Assembly: GCF_902493215.1 (NCBI RefSeq)
Contig: NZ_CABUOL010000012.1
Span: forward strand, 5,527-69,526
DNA from: an uncultured Mediterranea sp.
Lineage (GTDB): Bacteria > Bacteroidota > Bacteroidia > Bacteroidales > Bacteroidaceae
Length of the DNA stretch: 64,000 nucleotides
Reading direction: 5' to 3'
Position 1 is the stretch's first letter, and every line of letters starts with the position of its first letter. The translations under genes and the position numbers were made by a program. Under the pieces are notes generated by a model. It was not told where the DNA came from. It did no database searches and saw nothing but the letters and a program-made list of their open reading frames with translations. Positions 59,651 to 64,000 of the stretch are shown one piece after another.

Positions 59651-60391
59651 ATGGAACTGAGCAAATACATAAAGAGTGAATCGGTGGAACTTAACCGTTC
59701 CGCCATTCACTTTGCTGATTATAATCCTCGGAAGTTATCTGAGGAATCCCGTAAGACGTTGAAACGGGGTATCAAGAAGTTCGGGCTGGTTGGAGGTATC
59801 GTAGTCAACAAGCGGACCGGACTGACCGTCGTCAGTGGCCACCAGCGTCTGAGCGTGATGGATGAACTGCAGAAGTTTCCTGAAAATGACTACAGAATTC
59901 GCGTTGATGTCATTGACGTGGACGAGAAGCAGGAAAAGGAATTGAACATCCTGATGAATAATCCTAACGCGCAAGGTTCATGGGACTATGACGCTTTGGC
60001 CCGGATGGTTCCGGATATAGATTACCAGGATGCCGGCCTGACTGCTGCAGACCTTAACATGATTGGTTGTGATTTCCTTCTCCAAACAGAGGAAGAAAAC
60101 TCCATTGCGGACGCTTTGGAGGATATGATGGCACCTGTCACAGAGCAGAAAGAAGCTGAGAAAGCCGCCAAGCAGATGGAAAGAGCTGAAAAGGTAGCTC
60201 ACATGAAAGAAGTAAAGCAGCAGGTGAAGAATGCAGCCCAGAAACAGGCACAGGATATGGACGCTTATCTGATGCTTTCCTTTGACACGTTCGAAGCTAA
60301 AGCAGCCTTCTGTGAAAGGTTCGGTTACGACCCCTACTCCAAGTTTATCAAGGGTGAGGTATTCGATGAACAGATAGAAAGAATTGAATGA
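59651..60391 (+). CDS. ParB/Srx N-terminal domain protein
   Basis: ADYNPRKLS, IKKFGLVGGIVVN, VVSGHQRL, EKELNILMN. Confidence 0.85.
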   Translation: MELSKYIKSESVELNRSAIHFADYNPRKLSEESRKTLKRGIKKFGLVGGIVVNKRTGLTVVSGHQRLSVMDELQKFPENDYRIRVDVIDVDEKQEKELNILMNNPNAQGSWDYDALARMVPDIDYQDAGLTAADLNMIGCDFLLQTEEENSIADALEDMMAPVTEQKEAEKAAKQMERAEKVAHMKEVKQQVKNAAQKQAQDMDAYLMLSFDTFEAKAAFCERFGYDPYSKFIKGEVFDEQIERIE

Positions 60392-60419
60392 CAACATGAA
60401 ATTTTAGGAGGAAAGCCGA

Positions 60420-60653
60420 GTCAGAAGAAAAACATATAGCCAGTTGTATCAACAGTCAAGACGAATAATGTACAACGCCGGAAGGCAATACGGGCTTGGT
60501 ACAGACAGACAAAGAAGTATAAGAGACAGAACGAGGTCTATAATGGAAAGATATGCAGCGAGAATAGACAGTTATTTCTCAAAGAGAGGAATTGATATCT
60601 ATGGCAATAAGCCTGTTTCTCGCCGCATTTATATGGGTAACAATAACGGATGA
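60420..60653 (+). CDS. Arg-rich 77-aa protein C, GTC start (proposed)
   Basis: VRRKTYSQLYQQSRRIMYNAGRQYG...RRIYMGNNNG*; AGGAGGA 7 nt upstream; in-frame TAG at 60405. Confidence 0.7.
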   Translation, partial: VRRKTYSQLYQQSRRIMYNAGRQYGLGTDRQRSIRDRTRSIMERYAARIDSYFSKRGIDIYGNKPVSRRIYMGNNNG

Positions 60654-60656
60654 AAT

Positions 60657-60794
60657 ATGGTAGGAGATTTTATTCTTTGGCTAAAGAGGTTTATAAAGCA
60701 GAACCTTTTTTGTATCCATCATTACGTTTGGAAAGGGCCTTTAGACTTCCGCTATGAAATCTGTGATAAGTGTGGAAAATTAAAAAAGAGTTGA
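60657..60794 (+). CDS. Small zinc-finger-like phage protein (45 aa)
   Basis: Manual translation MVGDFILWLKRFIKQNLFCIHHY...CDKCGKLKKS. Confidence 0.55.
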   Translation: MVGDFILWLKRFIKQNLFCIHHYVWKGPLDFRYEICDKCGKLKKS

Positions 60795-60977
60795 ATGAAA
60801 GCATCAGAAGAATTTGGAGAAATTATTGACAGGATAGACAACCTGTTAGGAGCATTGGGGTTGCCTGTGCCAGCAGAGTTTCATGTAAATCAAATGAAAT
60901 ATGAGCTCAGTGAAATTTCGGAGAAATTGAAACGAATATACGTTGAAGAAGAGGGCGAAAACCCCTGGGAGGAATAA
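60795..60977 (+). CDS. Hypothetical protein
   Basis: Abuts both neighbours. Confidence 0.6.
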   Translation: MKASEEFGEIIDRIDNLLGALGLPVPAEFHVNQMKYELSEISEKLKRIYVEEEGENPWEE

Positions 60978-61490
60978 ATGATGAAAAGTGAATCTCAAAA
61001 AAGCAAACATACAGGACGAAAGCCCAAATTTGACTACAAGAGTGAGGAGTTTCTCTCTCAGGTGGAAATGTATGCCAAAAAGGGATTCACAGATAGAGAA
61101 ATCGCCTTTGCGTTAGGTTTGTCTCCCCAGACTTTCTGCGAGAAGAAGAATGAGCACTCTGAATTATGCGAAGTATTAGCGCGCGGGCGTGCGACCATCA
61201 CGGCTGCTGTACGTGCCAAGTTCCTTGCTGTAGCTTTGGGCGGTATCAAGACAAAAAGTACTGTAGTAAGGAAGCTGAAAGACCAGGACGGAAACCTGAC
61301 CGGCGAAGAAGAGCTTCAGGTAAGTGAAAGCGAACTGGCTCCAAATCTTCAGGCCATGTCCGTCTGGCTGTATCACCATGACGAAGAGTGGAGGAAGGTT
61401 GAACGCCGTCAGGACGAAGACGCCGATATTCCAAAGGATATTGACCAAGGAATTTCTATTGACTCATGGATTAAAAATAACCTGAAATGA
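60978..61490 (+). CDS. Terminase small subunit
   Basis: GRKPKFD, HTH GFTDREIAFALGLS, APNLQAMSVWL; overlaps the large subunit gene. Confidence 0.75.
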   Translation: MMKSESQKSKHTGRKPKFDYKSEEFLSQVEMYAKKGFTDREIAFALGLSPQTFCEKKNEHSELCEVLARGRATITAAVRAKFLAVALGGIKTKSTVVRKLKDQDGNLTGEEELQVSESELAPNLQAMSVWLYHHDEEWRKVERRQDEDADIPKDIDQGISIDSWIKNNLK

Positions 61491-62755
61491 TTGTACCCCA
61501 AGCGATATATCATCCGTTATATACCGATAGCGAGAAATTTATCATTCTCATTACCGGTGGCCGTGGCTCGGGGAAGTCTTTCAACGCTTCTACCTTCATA
61601 GAGCGGCTGACGTTCGAGATGACTCCCACAGAGAAGATAGTCCACCAGATTCTTTATACCCGTTACACGATGGTATCTGCCGGGATGTCTATCATTCCAG
61701 AGATGATGGAAAAGATAGATTTGGATGGAACAACGAAGTATTTCAAGACCACCAAAACCGATATTGTAAACCGGATGACCGGCAGTCGTATCATGTTCCG
61801 TGGTATCAAGACTTCTTCCGGGAATCAGACCGCTAAACTAAAATCTATTCAGGGTATCACCACCTTTGTCTGTGATGAAGCGGAGGAATGGACAAGTGAG
61901 GAAGAGTTTGACAAGATTATGCTCTCCATCCGTAAAAAGGGAATCCAGAACCGGATTATCATCATCATGAATCCCTGTGACTCCAATCACTTCATCTACA
62001 AGAAATACATCGAGAATACCCATCGGCTTGTGGAGATTGACGGTGTACCGGTTCAAATCTCAACTCATCCCAATGTTCTCCACATTCATACGACTTACTT
62101 CGACAATATTGAGAATCTTTCTCCTGAGTTCCTGAGAGAAGTCAAGGAAATGAAAGAGAAGAATCCGGAGAAGTACGCCCATGTGGTTATCGGCCGATGG
62201 GCAGACGTAGCCGAAGGTGCTGTGTTCAAGAAATGGGGTATCGTGGATGAGTTCCCGATGTGGTGCAAGCATGTAGCTATCGGGCTGGATTTTGGTTATA
62301 CCAATGACCCCACAGCGGCTATCCGATGTGGAATCATAGACAATGCACTGTATCTGGATGAATTGGATTATAGAACCGGACTGCTTTCGGGAGACATCAT
62401 AAAAACCTTGCGGCCTTGGAATTTGAGAGTGATTGCCGACAGTGCGGACCCGCGACTCATCCAGGAGATTCATAACGGAGGGATTAAAATATACGCGGTA
62501 GAGAAAGGACAAGGTTCTGTCAATGCCGGTATTGACAAGATGCAGGGAATGGAAATATTCATCACCAAGCGTTCTTATAACCTTCAACGGGAGTTCAGAA
62601 ACTATGTATGGGCAAAGGATAAGGATGGAAACTACATCAACGAACCTGAAGACCATGATAATCATGGCATAGATGCTGCACGCTACTATGTGCTGGGAGA
62701 ACTTCTCGGTAGAATTATGAAACCTAAAGACGTTTCAGGAATATTTGGACATTAA
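61487..62755 (+). CDS. Terminase large subunit (PBSX type)
   Basis: TGGRGSGKS, VCDEAEE, MNP, GLDFGYTNDPTA, NHGIDAARY. Confidence 0.95.
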   Translation: MIVPQAIYHPLYTDSEKFIILITGGRGSGKSFNASTFIERLTFEMTPTEKIVHQILYTRYTMVSAGMSIIPEMMEKIDLDGTTKYFKTTKTDIVNRMTGSRIMFRGIKTSSGNQTAKLKSIQGITTFVCDEAEEWTSEEEFDKIMLSIRKKGIQNRIIIIMNPCDSNHFIYKKYIENTHRLVEIDGVPVQISTHPNVLHIHTTYFDNIENLSPEFLREVKEMKEKNPEKYAHVVIGRWADVAEGAVFKKWGIVDEFPMWCKHVAIGLDFGYTNDPTAAIRCGIIDNALYLDELDYRTGLLSGDIIKTLRPWNLRVIADSADPRLIQEIHNGGIKIYAVEKGQGSVNAGIDKMQGMEIFITKRSYNLQREFRNYVWAKDKDGNYINEPEDHDNHGIDAARYYVLGELLGRIMKPKDVSGIFGH

Positions 62756-62765
62756 ACTTTAGAAT

Positions 62766-63071
62766 ATGATACGCTTTATACAAACCTCAGAAGAGTCTGG
62801 AGACTGTTCAGCTTATTACGATGTAAGACTGGATAAACCTCATACAGTTGGTGAGTTTATAAACTTAGTTCTCATTGAAAGAAAAGGAGAATGGGGCAAG
62901 TTTGAAATTTATAATCCAAACGTGAGTTGGTTGGATTATAAAAAATACGAATACCGCTATGGAGTTTTGAATGATGCAATTCCCAAAAACTTGTTAGAAA
63001 AGAAAATAATTAGCATAAAGGCTAATGGCGGCTGGACTAATATGGATTACCTTTTAAAGTTGGAACAATAA
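62766..63071 (+). CDS. AT-rich hypothetical protein between terminase and portal
   Basis: 101-aa ORF, visibly more AT-rich than its flanks. Confidence 0.6.
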   Translation: MIRFIQTSEESGDCSAYYDVRLDKPHTVGEFINLVLIERKGEWGKFEIYNPNVSWLDYKKYEYRYGVLNDAIPKNLLEKKIISIKANGGWTNMDYLLKLEQ

Positions 63072-63081
63072 ATGTAATAAT

Positions 63082-64000
63082 ATGAGAACCTTAGAAGAAA
63101 TTTTAGCTATACCTGAAATAGAGAGAAAAATCTACTATCTGAAGAAAGGACGAAAGACCGAGCAACCAAACGCTCACGCTCTTTACAACGACTGGAATCC
63201 GAACAAGCACGAGATAGTGATAGATGAAGAGAAATACCCGAAAATCAAAATTACGACCCAGCCTGAGAAACGGATTACAGACCCGACAACCGGGAAAGAA
63301 TATATTGAGCCGGCAGTAAGAAAAGAAGTTGAACCGAACAGGATTGCTCTTCCTCTCGAGCAGGACATTGTGAACATTCAGACAGCCTTCACCGTGGGAA
63401 CAGAACCGGTCCTTGATTGCCAGCCGGATGAATCGGAGGAGAATCTTCTTTCGGCCTTGAAGCAGGTGTTCAAGAAAAACAAGTTGAAATACCAGAACAA
63501 GAAAGTAGTCCGGGCATGGCTGGCCGAGCAGGAAGTGGCCGAATACTGGTATGTGGTGAAGGATGACGGCTTCTGGGCAAAGCTCAAACGAAAGATTTCA
63601 GGAATTTTCGGTAAATCTAAGCCTGAATACCGTCTGAAGAGTGCCATCTGGTCTCCGTTCCGTGGCGACAAACTCTACCCTTTCTTCAATGACCAGGGGG
63701 ATTTGGTAGCCCTATCCCGTGAGTACAAGAAGAAAGACCTGAACGATGTAGAGATTACATGTTTCATGACCATTACCAAGGATATGGTTTACCAATGGGA
63801 ACTGACAAGCAACTGGACTGACAAAGGCTCATTTGCTCATGGATTCAAGAAGATGCCGGTGATTTACATGTACCGTCCGGAAGCGTATTGTGAGAAGATT
63901 AAGAGTCTTCGCGTAAGACTGGAGAAACTTCTTTCAAACTATGCAGACTGTATCGACTACCACTTCTTCCCTATCCTCATGCTTTTTGGTAACGTGGAGA
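63082..64000 (+). CDS. Portal protein, SPP1 gp6-like (truncated by window end)
   Basis: Manual translation MRTLEEILAIPE...NRIALPLEQDIVNIQTAFTVG.., MPVIY, SNYADCIDYHFFPILMLFG; follows the large terminase. Confidence 0.85.
   Translation, partial: MRTLEEILAIPEIERKIYYLKKGRKTEQPNAHALYNDWNPNKHEIVIDEEKYPKIKITTQPEKRITDPTTGKEYIEPAVRKEVEPNRIALPLEQDIVNIQTAFTVGTEPVLDCQPDESEENLLSALKQVFKKNKLKYQNKKVVRAWLAEQEVAEYWYVVKDDGFWAKLKRKISGIFGKSKPEYRLKSAIWSPFRGDKLYPFFNDQGDLVALSREYKKKDLNDVEITCFMTITKDMVYQWELTSNWTDKGSFAHGFKKMPVIYMYRPEAYCEKIKSLRVRLEKLLSNYADCIDYHFFPILMLFGNVE

Larger units (their letters stand above)
36896..64000. mobile_element. Temperate prophage integrated at tRNA-Pro (continues past window end)
   Basis: att remnant, lower GC, ordered modules: repressor, ERF/exonuclease/SSB, NinG, helicase, initiator, methyltransferase, terminases, portal. 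Confidence 0.95.

Noticed and set aside
58538..60420. Stop-codon readthrough or genetic-code reassignment as the explanation for ORFs A-C (in-frame ATGs at 58538 and 60396)
   Set aside because: The intervening stops differ (TGA; TAA+TAG; TAG), all three stop codons end normal phage genes, and no suppressor tRNA is seen. Readthrough would not explain the shared GAGTCAGAA or the SD spacing. Not formally excluded.
36940..64000. Diversity-generating retroelement, retron or integrase in the prophage
   Set aside because: No reverse transcriptase, template/variable repeat pair or tyrosine/serine recombinase is visible in this window.

Overview
Bacteroidales-type chromosome segment (TAnnTTTG -7 promoters, A-rich translation starts without Shine-Dalgarno sequences). 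Positions 1-36.9 kb are host DNA: carB/carA/purF, gltBD-asnB, dapF-dapL-glnA (GS III), a periplasmic transthyretin-like protein, a cobalamin riboswitch with a TonB receptor and lipoprotein, four fused anaerobic B12 synthesis genes, and an RND/TolC pump with an AraC regulator. Several intergenic gaps hold 22-23 bp palindromic tandem arrays. From ~36.9 kb to the window end is a lambdoid-like prophage integrated in a tRNA-Pro(TGG) gene; only the tRNA 3' remnant is in the window. It carries cI, an EVE + PD-(D/E)XK nuclease, recombination and replication genes, an HNH insertion, a C5 methyltransferase, hicAB, terminases and a partial portal. Strongest candidate for a new system (58.1-60.7 kb): a phage tRNA with initiator-tRNA (fMet) identity elements but anticodon GAC heads an operon. 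That operon contains three small Arg/Gly-rich ORFs with no canonical start codon at their 5' ends. All three open at GTC in the same GAGTCAGAA context, and two have AGGAGGA exactly 7 nt upstream. They are interleaved with ASCH, PP-loop (PAPS-reductase-like) and ParB genes. This suggests phage-programmed initiation at GUC. The prophage also has two more tRNA-scaffold RNAs with rebuilt cores and a putative sRNA complementary to a start-codon motif shared by six phage genes. All functional assignments are by eye; no database searches were run.
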